Of a stretch of DNA of 64,000 nucleotides, positions 52,436 through 64,000 are shown piece by piece. The DNA comes from Octopus vulgaris. Lineage: Eukaryota. The translations under genes and the position numbers were made by a program. Position 1 is the stretch's first letter, and each line of letters begins with the position of its first letter. The stretch lies in the NCBI GenBank assembly GCA_951406725.2, contig OX597814.1, forward strand, positions 168,330,001 to 168,394,000. The letters run 5' to 3'. The notes under the pieces were generated by a model that worked only from the letters and a program-made list of their open reading frames with translations, made no database searches and was not told the origin of the DNA.

Positions 52436-52854
52436 ACTAAGTTCATATTCCTCCAGAGTCAGCTTTGTTTTTTTATCTCACTGGGGCTGATAAAATAAGT
52501 ACTGGTTATATATGGTATTTGTGGGGGGTGGAGTTTAAAATCAATTGATATACCCTATCTTTACAAATTTTGTGACTTTCTGATCCATTGAATGTATGAT
52601 TTTAACCAGGAAATCAGTTAAGGTTAGAGCTGAATAGAGGTTTGGAATTAATCAGCTGTTAATGAGTAAAGGAATGATAATTATTGGATGTGTGATGTGA
52701 CTAGACATGTGACGTGAGTGAACGTTGAATGGTGAGCTATGAATGTGGTGTGTAATTGATCGAGAGTACCCATGGAAGATGTGTGTATCATCGTTGAGAT
52801 GATAAAAGACTGAGATAGTACTGATGATCTGTATGGAATATACACACAGTTGTG

Positions 52855-53248
52855 GCAGCTGTTGTTGTTGTTGTTGCTGGTTGCTGTTGCTGTTGAGCGA
52901 ACGGTCTTCGTCCCAGAGCTCGCAAGATGGGAGAAGTCCGAAACGTGGTCCTTTGTAAGACCTGCAGAAGAGGTAGCAGGTCAACCCCCGACACTGAGAG
53001 CATCGATGGATGGATGAATGTGCATCCAGGCTCAGCGGTTGCGTAGGAAGTCGGGGACAAGAAACAGGAAGAAAGAGTGAGAGAAAGTTGGAGCGAAAGA
53101 GTACAACAGGGGTCACCACCACCCCCTGCTGGAACCTCATGGAGCTTTAGGAGTTTTCGCTCAATAAACACACAATAATGCCCGATCTAGGAATTGAAAC
53201 CGCGATCCTCCGACTGCGAGTCCACTACCCTAACCATTGGGCCTCCAT
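52855..53248 (-). mobile_element. SINE family C with an alternative 3' half and (CAA)n tail
   Basis: The head and the first about 200 bp match the 42263 copy; the 3' half is unrelated. Confidence 0.85.
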
Positions 53249-53587
53249 GTTGTTGCTGGTGCTGTTGCTGTTGTTGTTTCTGCTGTGATGATGACAAAAA
53301 TACTGCTATCACCAAAGTAGTTGTCTTAATTGATATGCTGGTTGGTAGAATTGCTAAAGCATTGAACAAGATACTTAGTGGCATTTTAGTTAATGTGATT
53401 AAAATCCTGAGTTCATATTCCACCAAGGTCAACTTAGCTTTTCATTCTTTTGGGAGTTGATAAAATAAAGTATGAATCAAGCACAACGGTTGAGGCCATA
53501 AACTGGCTGCTTCCCTACAAAATTGGTGGCCTTATGCTTAAATAAGAAGCAATTATTAAAATGTATTTTTCCCATTTCCAATTTCAG

Positions 53588-53738
53588 ATATTATACCCAT
53601 TCTCACCACCACTGTAATTCAGTGCCATCGAGCTGGATTACGTAATTCCTCCTTTAGTTATGCTGCTATGCTGCTCAGAGATGAATACCAAAGAGATATT
53701 GATCCAAAATTGAAGAAGAAAATTGAAGGCATTGTACG
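53588..53738 (+). CDS. WDR19: WDR19 exon 15: [51 protein letters not shown]
   Basis: atttcag acceptor, CG|gtaag donor. Matches [51 protein letters not shown]. Confidence 0.97.
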
Positions 53739-54217
53739 GTAAGGAACTGAGGTTTCTTTGTTTTTGATATTTACTTGTTTCAGACATAGGACTGCAACTA
53801 TCCCAGGATACCACCTTCAAGGGTTTTTGTTGATTTGTAACATTTATCTCTGTACTTTTGCCTGGTGCTTATTGTATCCATCTCAAAAGGAACAAAAAAG
53901 CAAGTTGATCTTAGCATAAAGAGCAACGGCTCAAATGAAGCATATTTTTGTTTATCCTATTCTTATAAGACTCCTGTGTCTTCTGGAGAAAAGGTCGAAC
54001 AACTGCAGTTCCGATGATGCCTACTGAGGCAGAAACACATACCAGCAGTTATTGTCTTACTCAAAGTAACTGGATTATCTTTTCCTTAATGGCATATCAG
54101 TTTTGGAGAATGTTTGATTCTTGAGATTATCTCACCTTGTATGAAGTTGGTCACAATTGCAAGCCGACCAGTGGGAGAGATATCAGCAAGAAAGGAATTT
54201 CAGAAGCTTGGCATTCT

Positions 54218-54445
54218 TATTTCTTTATTGCCCACAAGGGGCTAAACATAGAGGGGACAAACAAGGACAGACAAAGGGATTAAGTCGATTACATTGACTC
54301 CAGTGCGTAACTGGTACTTAATTTATCTACCCAGAAAGGATGAAAAGCAAAGTCGACCTCGGCGGAATTTGAACTCAGAACGTAATGGCAGACGAAATAC
54401 CGCTAAGAATTTTGCCTGGTGTGCTAACACTTCTACCAGCTTGCT
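54218..54445 (-). mobile_element. SINE family B (Meta-domain-like)
   Basis: Homologous to the copies at 24770 and 62210. Confidence 0.85.
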
Positions 54446-54756
54446 GCATTCTGGGGAAGAAGAGCTGAGTGTATTCTTTAACACAAGGTCTTGGGGCAGG
54501 GGTCGGTGCAAGGAGTAATGAAAGAAGGGAGGTCAAGTAGAGACAGGAATGTCTGATTGAAGGTAGCAGGATATCCGCCAGCTCTGAAGAGCAGAGGTCA
54601 TTATAGTTTCTCTTGGAAAGGCAGAGAGAGAGAGACAGGAGACAGCATATCTATGGGTCAGAGGGTGGTTTTATGACTGATTTTATGTTAACCGGTTGGG
54701 TAGGGTTTTCCTGAATGCAGTCTAGGATGTTTTTAGGTACAGCAGTAGCACCATCG

Positions 54757-55070
54757 TGGAGGCACAATGTCCCAGTGGTTAGGGTAGTGGACTCATGGTT
54801 GGAGGATCGTGGTTTTGATTCCCAGACCGGGCGTTGTGTGTGTTTATTGAGTGAAAACATCTAAAGATCCACGAGGCTCTGGCAGGGGGTGGTGGTGACC
54901 CCTGTTGTACCCTTTTGCCACAACTTTCTCTCGCTTTCTCTTTCTGTTTCTTGAGTAACGCTGTGATGGACTGGTGTCCCGTCCAGCTGGTGGTGGTATG
55001 GGGGTGCATATACCACGGAAACCGTGGCCCATGAGCCTGGTTAGGCTTGAAAAGGTTGGGAAAAAAAAAA
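54757..55070 (+). mobile_element. SINE family C with a poly(A) tail and about 11-bp TSD
   Basis: Flanked by GTAGCACCATC and GCAGCACCATC; contains GATGGACTGGTGTCCCGTCCAG. Confidence 0.85.
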
Positions 55071-55772
55071 GCAGCACCATCCCAGATGTACTCCTTTGTG
55101 AGCCTTACTTAAGCTTTGTGATTAAAGTTATTGTTTAGCCGTAGATCAACACTGATTAAGTAGGCTAAAGGTGTTGCTGCTATGACCATCTCATCATTTT
55201 TTACCAAACATAGAGTATCTAGCTCTACATTATCTAGTAGGTTCTTTCCAGACATGGTGTATCTAGAACAATATTCTCCAGTGTATACTTCCTTTTTTTG
55301 ATGGCTTGATGTGATTTGAGGGGGATATGGCTGCTATTTCTAGCTGGTTGGGCAGCTACGTAGTGCTTGTTTCTTTTATTGACTTAGTTGACTCCTCAAT
55401 ATCTGCTGTCTCTTGTTTTGCCTGGATTGCTGTTACAAGCCTTTCACTGTCCCAAGTGACATGTGATACTGGTGTAGACTGCTGATTTTTGATGTTGGTT
55501 GAGTAATACTTATTCAACCAACATCAAAAAAATCATTTAATTTGATTCATGTGAAATATTTTGTTGGTAATTTAATTACACTAAGTTAACTTTTTTTAAA
55601 CCCTAGCACATCCTAAATGTATATCTGTTACACATTCCTACAAATCACACATGCATGCAAACATACATACATACATACATACATACATACATTCACACAC
55701 ACACACACACACACACACATTATACATATATATGTATATTTATTCATATATAACATTTACATATATGCACAC

Positions 55773-56180
55773 ATGGTCGTGGCTGTTTGATAAGAAGCTT
55801 ACTTCCCAATCATATGGTTCTGGGTTCAGTCTCACTGCATGGCACCTTGAGCAAGTGTCTTCTACTATAGTCTTGGGCTGACCAAAGCCGTGTGAATGGA
55901 TTTGGTAGATGGAAACTGAAAGAAACCTATCATATATATATATATATATTTGTGTGTGTGTGTGTGTCTGTGTTTGTCCACAATTGGTTGACAACTGATA
56001 TGTGCGTTTATGTCCCCGTAACTTAGCGGTTTGGCAAAAGAGACCACTAGAATAAGTACTAGGCTTACAAAGAGTAAGTCCTTGAGTTGAGTTCTTCGAC
56101 TAAAAAAAAAAACCTTTAAGGCAATGCTCCAGCATGGCCACAGTCAAATGACTGAAACAAATAAAAGAATAAAAGAATAT
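55773..56180 (+). mobile_element. SINE family D (CORE-like)
   Basis: Homologous to 62680-63091. Confidence 0.85.
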
Positions 56181-56711
56181 ACACATGAATTCAGACATTA
56201 TTTCACACATATTTACATCTATACTCATGTATTTTTCTTTTTGAGCAGAGTGTTAACGCAGATAATTCAAATGCAGATTGTTTAACATTTTGTCATAAAC
56301 AATTTAAATTATTACTGTTTGACTGGAATTCATAATTATTTGAGTGTTGCAAAATCTTCTGATGGAATCTTCTTTTCAATATTCAGTTTAAATTAAATTA
56401 GTTATGATGTGATCAGACATGATTTCATTTGAGGCAATTTACTATAAATGACAGACAGAAAATAATAGTGAGATGAAAGATGGTTGTTTTAAACGAGCTA
56501 TTTCAGTTCTGGTTTGGAAGAGGCAGATTGGTTATAAGGTTAATATGCTAAATTATTGACTGTATGCTAATAAGTACAAATTTAGCCATAAGTTTGGGAA
56601 TACTTAATATCAATGAGAATACTGGTTACAGTTGAAATCAATAGGCTATACATAAAATGTTTTGTTTTAGTATTTATGTATGTCCTATGTGGGGAAATTA
56701 ATTTTGTCATT

Positions 56712-57955
56712 CTGTGCCGGTGGCGCATGGGGAGCACCATCCGAACGTGGCCGATGCCAGCACTGCCCTGACTGGCTTCTGTGCCGGTGGCACATGGGGA
56801 GCACCATCCGAGCGTGGCCGACGCCAGCACCGCCTCGACTGGCTTCTGTGCCGGTGGCACATAAAAAGCACCAACCGATCGTGGGATCCCGGAACATCTC
56901 GCTGTGCTTGAGGAGACCTGTTGAGTCAAGTGCATGTACATGAACATTGAACCAAATATCAATGGAAACAGTAGTTGTGATACCTGTGCCGGTGACACAT
57001 AAAAAGCACCATCCGAACGAGTGCAGCCTCCTCTGGCTTCTGTGCTGGTGGCACATAAAAAGCACCATCCAAACGTGACCGATGCCAACCCCGCCTCGAA
57101 TGGCTTCTGTGCCGGTGACACATGAACATCGAACCAAATATCAATGGAAACAGTAGATGTGATACCTGTGCCGGTGACACATAAAAAGCACCATCCGAAC
57201 GTGGCCGTTGCCAGTGCAGCCTCCACTGGCTTCTGTGCCGGTGGCACATAAAAAGCACCATCCGAACGTGACCGATGCCAACCCCGCCACGAATGGCTTC
57301 TGTGCCGGTGGCACATAAAAAGCACCATCCAAACGTGGCCAATGCCAGCACCGCCCCAACTGGCTTCTGTGCCAGTGGCACATAAAAAGCCCCAACCGAT
57401 CGTGGGATCCCGGAACATCTCGCTGTGCTTGAGGAGACCTGTTGAGTCAAGTGCATGTACATGAACATCGAACCAAATATCAATGGAAACAGTAGTTGTG
57501 ATACCTGTGCCGGTGACACATAGGAAGCACCATCCGAACGTGGCCGTTGCCAGTGCAGCCTCCACTGGCTTCTGTGCCGGTGGCACATAAAAAGCACCAT
57601 CTGAACGTGACCGATGCCAAGCCTGCCTTGAATGGCTTCTGTGCCGGTGGCACATAAAAAGCACCATTAGAACGTGGCCGATGCCAGCACCGCCTTGACT
57701 GGCTTCTGTGCTGGTGGCACATAAAAAAACACCAACCGATCGTGGCCGATGCCAGACCCCTCTGGCACCTGTGCAGGTGGCACGTAAAAAGCACCCACTA
57801 CACTCGCGGAGTGGTTGGCGTTAGGAAGGGCATCCAGCTGTAGAAACACTGCCAGATCAGACTGGAGCCTGGGGCAGCCCCTGGCTCCCCAGACCCCGGT
57901 CGAACTGTCCAACCCATGCTAGCGCGGAAAACAGACGTTAAACGATGATGATGAT
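56712..57955 (+). mobile_element. Family A element with an expanded 5' array of about 60-bp hairpin units and a (GAT)n tail
   Basis: Roughly 15 copies of GTGCC-GGT-GRCAC-ATAAAAAGCACC, with a higher-order duplication at about 521-bp spacing. The body lies at 57790-57955. Confidence 0.9.
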
Positions 57956-59207
57956 CATCATCATTTTGAAGATGGTTAATGGCAAATGAGAGTAAGAGCG
58001 GGAAGTAGGTTGAGTTGGTGGGACTATTCCAAAGTAATGGCTGGGAAGCAAGATGTGATCCTTTGAGGTGGGATGCAGAAGGTTTGAGGCCAGTCCCTCT
58101 GCAGAGTTTTCAGTATGTTTGTCACAGGCCATCAAGTTGGCTGTGAAAGCAGCAGAGTTGTATATATATATATATATATACATACGTGGGTGTATATGTA
58201 TTGTTTTAATTATATCTTTATATACACACATACACATAAAAAAACTGACACACCGTTGTTTATGACAATCACAAGTATCCAAAACTTCTTCACCACTCTT
58301 CCGACTTCATTTTCCTCTTAAAAAGAAGGCTCTCGTCTACTTGGACTATATGTCATATCACTGCACAGCTGTCTGCCTGCTAATATTGCTGATGGACATG
58401 CAGCATGTCACTAGCATTTCACATATAAAGTCCAGGATTATGTGAAAATGTGAAGACCATCAATTGACTTTCTTCCATAAAAGTATTAAAAAATTATTTG
58501 GAAATTATAAGCAGAAATGAATGGTAGATTCGAACTGTCTGTATTTTAAAACTACAAAAGAAAAAAAAAAAATTGCCGGGGAGGATTTTTGTTGTTGTTG
58601 CATAATCCTATCAATTCCATTATGCAGAAGATAGAATTGAAAAAATTTTGTAAAAATTTGTAAAAATATGAAAGCTATGAGGGATTTTAGCACATGCTTA
58701 CATCATAATTCTGCCCATATATATGTGTGTGTGTTTGCTAGTGTCTGTTTTTCTTTTAGTTTTTGTTTACTTATACACATCAACAAATGAGCCAATGAGG
58801 TACTCTCTGCGTGGTTGTTCAATTTGCTAGAAATAACAGCCAAATCTCCCTCATACTATGCTCTTGTTAGTATTAAGGAAAGGGAGAATGTTTACTTTCC
58901 TCCATCATTATGATTAATATTAATTTTTGATTTTGTTCAGCTCTATGAATTTAATTTTTTTAATGCTTATGTCCATTGCTTAATATAGGAAATTGGAAAA
59001 TCCTGACCAAAACAGAGAAATCCTAACTTAACAAAAAATATAGAAAGAGAAAGAAAAGGTTCTGTTTTGTAAAGCCAAAAGATGTGTTTTTAGCTGGGGT
59101 GTAATTTTATAATTAAAACAAATTCAAAATATAAATTTCAGAACATAAGACTTACCATGTTATCTGGTGTATAGCTGCAGTTCAAATGGGTACAAAACCT
59201 AAAACAA

Positions 59208-59262
<55 letters not shown>

Positions 59263-59453
59263 TATATGTGTGGTTGGGTCTTTAATAGCCAGAGGTCAAT
59301 TTAAGTTCAGTCACAGAAAGGAATTCAAAATGGCAACACATGCAATCATATACATACAAACATACACACACACACATACACAAATACATACTTATCAGCC
59401 ACTCCCAAAAGCCAGTTTGATCCAAAATTCTGACCACCAGTCTTTAAATATTT

Positions 59454-59515
<62 letters not shown>

Positions 59516-60330
59516 TTAGCTTTCCATTTCTATTCATTACTTTTTTCTTTTAATCACCTGTCACTATTCATCTGTTTTTAGTTTTTGTTTTCGTTTTGGG
59601 GGTTTCACTTTAATGATACCAGTTACACATGGTATCAGGAATTTGCTTGGTGTCATCAAAGTAGAAAAAGTGTTGAGTTTTTGAAAATTTGAAACAAAAA
59701 GGCATGGTTTTTTTAAAACTGACTGAGTTGTGAAATTATGGTTACTAATTTCAAATTAAGCTTACCAAAGACAAGGGTCTTCCAGTGCCCCTCTAGCACC
59801 CTTAGTCTCTTAATGCCCCCTATTGCCCCTTTGCTTCAAAAGGCCCCCCCTACCTTGAGTTCCAAATGGCCCCTGTTGAGAACCTTTGTTCTAAAATATT
59901 TACTTCCATGGTTACCATTTTGGCTGACATGGTTCTTTTATTATTGGTAAGAATGTTAGAAATGAGACAGCTTGTTAGTGATGGCAATTCAGTGTTATGA
60001 ATGCCTGTCATTGGTGACAATGTGTTACAATTATAGCCTGATTTCATGCCAGTTTTTTGTAATGACAGTTTGTAAATGATGCTAATGTTTTATGGTAAAA
60101 TCTTTATAAGATATCAATCTCTTAAGGTGACACCCTGTTATGATAGCAATCTCATGTGATAATAACAATGTTGGTGAGGGGAAAATACCTCAGGAGAACA
60201 TTGTGTGTACTAACTAAAAAAAATATAGCAAGGTGTTACATATGTCATATAATGAGTTGAAAATTTTTGATTAACTTGTAAAATATAGAAAATGTAGTTT
60301 AGGAGTAGATCATATCTTTAAAGCCATGAC

Positions 60331-60620
60331 GGATCTTTTCGGTTTGAACGGCAGTTTTTAACATAATTTCTAGGTAAGTAAAAAATTTTAAACTTCGTAT
60401 ACGGCACATAATGCTTTTTAACTCAATAGACGCCAGGGTTGGTTAAAATTGCCGAAATGCAAGAAATTAAAGTCAAAATATGTTACAAACTACAGAATTT
60501 TCTCAAGAAAGCCAAGAGAAAATGATGTTTTATAAACACATTCTACCAGTATACGAAGTTTAAAATTTTTTAGTTACCTAGAAATTATGTTAAAAACTGC
60601 CGTTCAAACCGAAAAAATCC
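60331..60620. mobile_element. MITE with about 70-bp TIRs and an 8-bp TSD; Merlin-like
   Basis: GCCATGAC at 60323-60330 and 60621-60628. Termini are GG...CC; TIR GGATCTTTTCGGTTTGAACGGCAGTTTTTAACATAATTTCTAGGTAA. Confidence 0.85.
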
Positions 60621-61280
60621 GCCATGACTCATATTGAAAGTAACGAATGTGTTTCAGTCTTATTACATGTCTCTATCCAGCCAGCAAGATGAAGAAAGAT
60701 CTACTATAATAATACTCTTGTGTTTTTCTCTGTCACAATATATGAATGAGAAAGGAAGGGGTGATAAATGAATAAGGAAGGAAGGGGCAGTGGGCAAAGT
60801 GATAGTGGGAGTGTTTCAACTGTGTTCGAGTGTATGTAAAAGGGAGGTATGTGAATGTGTGCATGTGTGTGTGTGCAATGGAAGTGCGATGGTGAACATT
60901 CAATGCTGAAAAGAAAAATCAAGTGTTTTAACTATGTGTGTATGTATGTGCATGTACAAGGGAAGTATGTGAATGTATGTGTGAACCAGTGTTCTTTCAG
61001 CAACAAAGGATGATTGATGTCACATCTCAAAGGACAACCACTAGATAACATTGACAAATGTATTAATTTGATTTGCCATTCATATTTATATATAAAATAT
61101 GACAATTAGTCATCATAGAGCCAGCTAGTGAATGTATCATATAGACATTGAGGGAATGTACTGACACTCAAAATGAATATCAACAAAATGACTGAATGAA
61201 ATTACCTCTGGGTAGCATTTATTTATTTTTAATATTTACTCTTAAATATTTATCAAGTTGCATACTATTTTTGCTTTTAG

Positions 61281-61404
61281 GAAACGAGACAAATCTGAAG
61301 AAGATGAACTCTTAACTCCATGTCCATTTTGTCAGTCATCAATTCCAGAAACCCTTTTAGTATGTCCTGATTGTAAGATGAACATTCCTTATTGTATAGC
61401 TACA
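61281..61404 (+). CDS. WDR19: WDR19 exon 16: KRDKSEEDELLTPCPFCQSSIPETLLVCPDCKMNIPYCIAT (Zn-binding CxxC pairs)
   Basis: cttttag acceptor, ACA|gtaagt donor. Matches [30 protein letters not shown]. Confidence 0.97.
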
Positions 61405-62207
61405 GTAAGTTATCAGCCGGTTTTTTTTTTGTATCTGTGTGTGTGTTTTATTTCTTCTGTTGTTTTTTTCCATGCTAACATGAGGTTGTAGAATTGTTGA
61501 GATTTAGATATGTTTTATCTTTGTAGAAGACTGTAATGATGTTGCAGTAGAGAACATGGGAGACTGTTGCTATTGTTGTAGCAAACATGAAGCATTATGT
61601 TGATAGTGTTGTAGAGACCATGGAGGACTAAGGAGCTGTTGGAGTTGTTAACTAGCCCCAGTCCCATGATAAGAAAACAAACCATCTAAGATCATTCCAT
61701 CTTTTATTTAGGCAAAATGTATCAAGAACTATATTAGTTAATAATATGTTAATAAGATGGTTGTGTATAATTTGAAGGATATTTAACTGCTTTTTCTAGC
61801 AGTTTGAGCTATCACATTGGGGCTCCTTCAATGGCTAGTTAACCTCCTCCTCTTTTTTTTGTTGTTGACATTCCTCTTTACTACTGACCCCAGCACTCAA
61901 TACATTTACTTTTAACCTACCATCACTAACACCCATCAATGGATAGAACCATCAAATGAAATCTGATTTCTAGCACTTCTGATGCCATGAAAACATGCAC
62001 TCAGTACACTCTGTAAAGTGGTTGGAAGGGTATCCTGATGTAGACCTCATGCCAAAGCAGACGTTGGAACTTGGTGCAGCCTTTTGGCTCATCAGTTTGT
62101 GTCAAACCATCTAACCAATACCAGCATGGAAAACAAATGTTGAATGGTATTGATGATGTTTTCCTTCCAATTGTTAACATTGACCACAAGAATAATCTAA
62201 ACATTAA

Positions 62208-62438
62208 TTTATTTCTTTATTGCTCACAGGGGGCTAAACATAGAGGGTACAAACAAGGACAGACATAGGGATTAAGGCGATTACATCGACCCCAGTGTGT
62301 AACTGGTACTTATTTAATCGATCCCGAAAGGATGAAAGGCAAAGTCGACTTTGGCGGAATTTGAACTCAGAATGTAATGTCAGATGAAACACCGCTAAGA
62401 ATTTTGCCCGGCGTGCTAACGTTTCTGCTAGCTCGCCG
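62208..62438 (-). mobile_element. SINE family B (Meta-domain-like), full length
   Basis: Minus-strand head GGCGAGCTAGCAGAAACGTTAGCACGCCGGGC and B box GAGTTCAAATTCC. Confidence 0.88.
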
Positions 62439-62679
62439 TCTCTAAACATTAATTGCAGTCGCAATGAACTCATGATGCTTATTCAGTCTGTTTAGTCTTT
62501 GAGGGTGCAAAAGAATAGTTGAAAATTGGTGAAGGATATTCTCCCGCTTTCTAAGACAAATATTAGAAAAATAAATAAATAAAAATAAAACATTACTTGC
62601 GCCACAACACTAACCAGGTAATGTGAAAGAGTTTTGGCTTTGTGTTGTAGAATGGTTAAAAAAAGATTAACGAATCATA

Positions 62680-63091
62680 GGCGCAGGAGTGGCTGTGTGG
62701 TAAGTAGCTTGCTAACCAACCACACGGTTCCGGGTTCAGTCCCACTGCGTGGCATCTTGAGCAAGTGTCTTCTGCTATAGCCCCGGGCCGACCAATACCT
62801 TGTGAGTGGATTTGGTAGACGGAAACTGAAAGAAGCCTGTCGTATATATGGATATATATATAAGTGTGTGTGTATATGTTTGTGTGTCTGTTTGTCCCCC
62901 TAGCATTGCTTGACAACCGATGCTGGTATGTTTAAGTCCCCGTCACTTAGCGGTTCAGCAAAAAAAAACGATAGAATAAGTACTGGGCTTACAAAGAATA
63001 AGTCCCGGGGTCGATTTGCTCGACTAAAGGCGGTGCTCCAGCATGGCCGCAGTCAAATGACTGAAACAAGGAAAAGAGAGAAAAGAGTAAG
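62680..63091 (+). mobile_element. SINE family D (tRNA head, CORE-like), full length and little diverged
   Basis: A box TGGCTGTGTGG, B box GGTTCAGTCCC, CpGs retained, flanked by GAATCAT direct repeats. Confidence 0.9.
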
Positions 63092-63247
63092 AGAATCATT
63101 TTTTCCTTACAGTTAGGCTATAAAAACTTAAGGTTTGAGAAAATACTGCAGTTTTTGTTTGTTTCTGATCTCTTGCTATGTTGAGGAAATAAATTATATT
63201 ATACTACTTATTTAATTTTTGATTTTTTGTCTTCTTTCTCTTGTCAG

Positions 63248-63324
63248 GGATGCCATATAACTAAAGAAAATCTCACTGCATGTCCAAAATGTCAGTTCCC
63301 AGCTCTTTACTCAGAATATATAAA
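63248..63324 (+). CDS. WDR19: WDR19 exon 17: GCHITKENLTACPKCQFPALYSEYI
   Basis: ttgtcag acceptor, AA|gtaag donor. Matches [24 protein letters not shown]. Confidence 0.95.
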
Positions 63325-63635
63325 GTAAGGAAGAATGATAAATATTCCATTTCTTTTAAACATTTCTTTATTGTTTTAAGCTTTTTAAAGCTTCATGACT
63401 TGGCATTCAGTTTTTGTTTACATTTTGGTAAGTCAGATGTTGGTGGTTTATGTTTTGGCAATCACATTTCTATGGTTTCTATAAAGACATTGGCTTCTGC
63501 CAATGTCTTTATGGTGGCAGAGTTATGTTTTTCGTTTTTAAATTCTTTAATTTCTCCAGTATAGGAGAAATGTAAAATAAGTAGCAAAATAATGTCTAAC
63601 TAACAAGTAAAACTCCATTGCTGGAATTTTGATAA

Positions 63636-63930
63636 AACTTGGATTAGGTGCTGATATTTACAAAAGTCTTGCATATTTTTACTGTTCTGCTTACAGACTG
63701 AATTCAGAAGAGGATCCAAACACTGTTCAAGCATTTGTAAATTGAATATACAATGCCCCATTAAATTACAGTTATTAAGTTTTGAACTTTGATTAAATGC
63801 TGATATTCACAAAAGTCTTTAATATTTTTACTGTTCTACTTACAAATTGAATTTAGTAGAGAATCTAAACACTGTTTAAACATTTACAAATGGAGTACAG
63901 TATATCATTAAATTATAGTTACTAAGTTTC
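63636..63930. repeat. Diverged tandem duplication of about 148 bp
   Basis: TGCTGATATT.ACAAAAGTCTT..ATATTTTTACTGTTCT.CTTACA occurs twice. Confidence 0.8.
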
Positions 63931-64000
63931 AGCCTTACAGTAGGGTATAGAAGCTGTACAATTTGTAGTGACTGTACATAAATGTTTTACGTTTCTCTGA

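Noticed and set aside
56582-57667. 361-aa ORF and overlapping ORFs
   Set aside because: They are translations of the tandem array; it is open in several frames and shows no protein motif.
56712-57790. CRISPR-like appearance (palindromic repeat plus variable spacers)
   Set aside because: The spacers are homologous to each other, there are no cas genes, the context is a eukaryotic intron, and the array is the 5' part of a dispersed retroposon.

Overview
AT-rich, repeat-dense animal genomic DNA, most likely an octopus (inferred from the SINE families and the abundant TA/CA microsatellites). The window lies inside one + strand gene, WDR19/IFT144 (IFT-A complex). I read 17 consecutive GT-AG coding exons (2538-63324, 1935 nt, about 645 codons) with consistent phases, covering the TPR-like solenoid and the C-terminal Cys-rich zinc-binding region; the start and stop codons lie outside the window. 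Almost all other ORFs in the supplied track are microsatellite or SINE artefacts. The introns hold several tRNA-derived SINE families, LINE remnants (CR1, RTE, R4/Dong), a full-length but broken Hsmar1-like mariner, piggyBac, Merlin and mariner MITEs, and a cluster of non-autonomous Helitrons. The most notable hidden signal is a set of minimal type I hammerhead ribozyme motifs of the Penelope-like element (PLE) kind. Several sit in fold-back elements, including a perfect 234-bp-arm palindrome inserted in (TA)n and a PLE remnant with a GIY-YIG C-terminus and inverted pseudo-LTRs. All calls were made by eye; no database searches were run.
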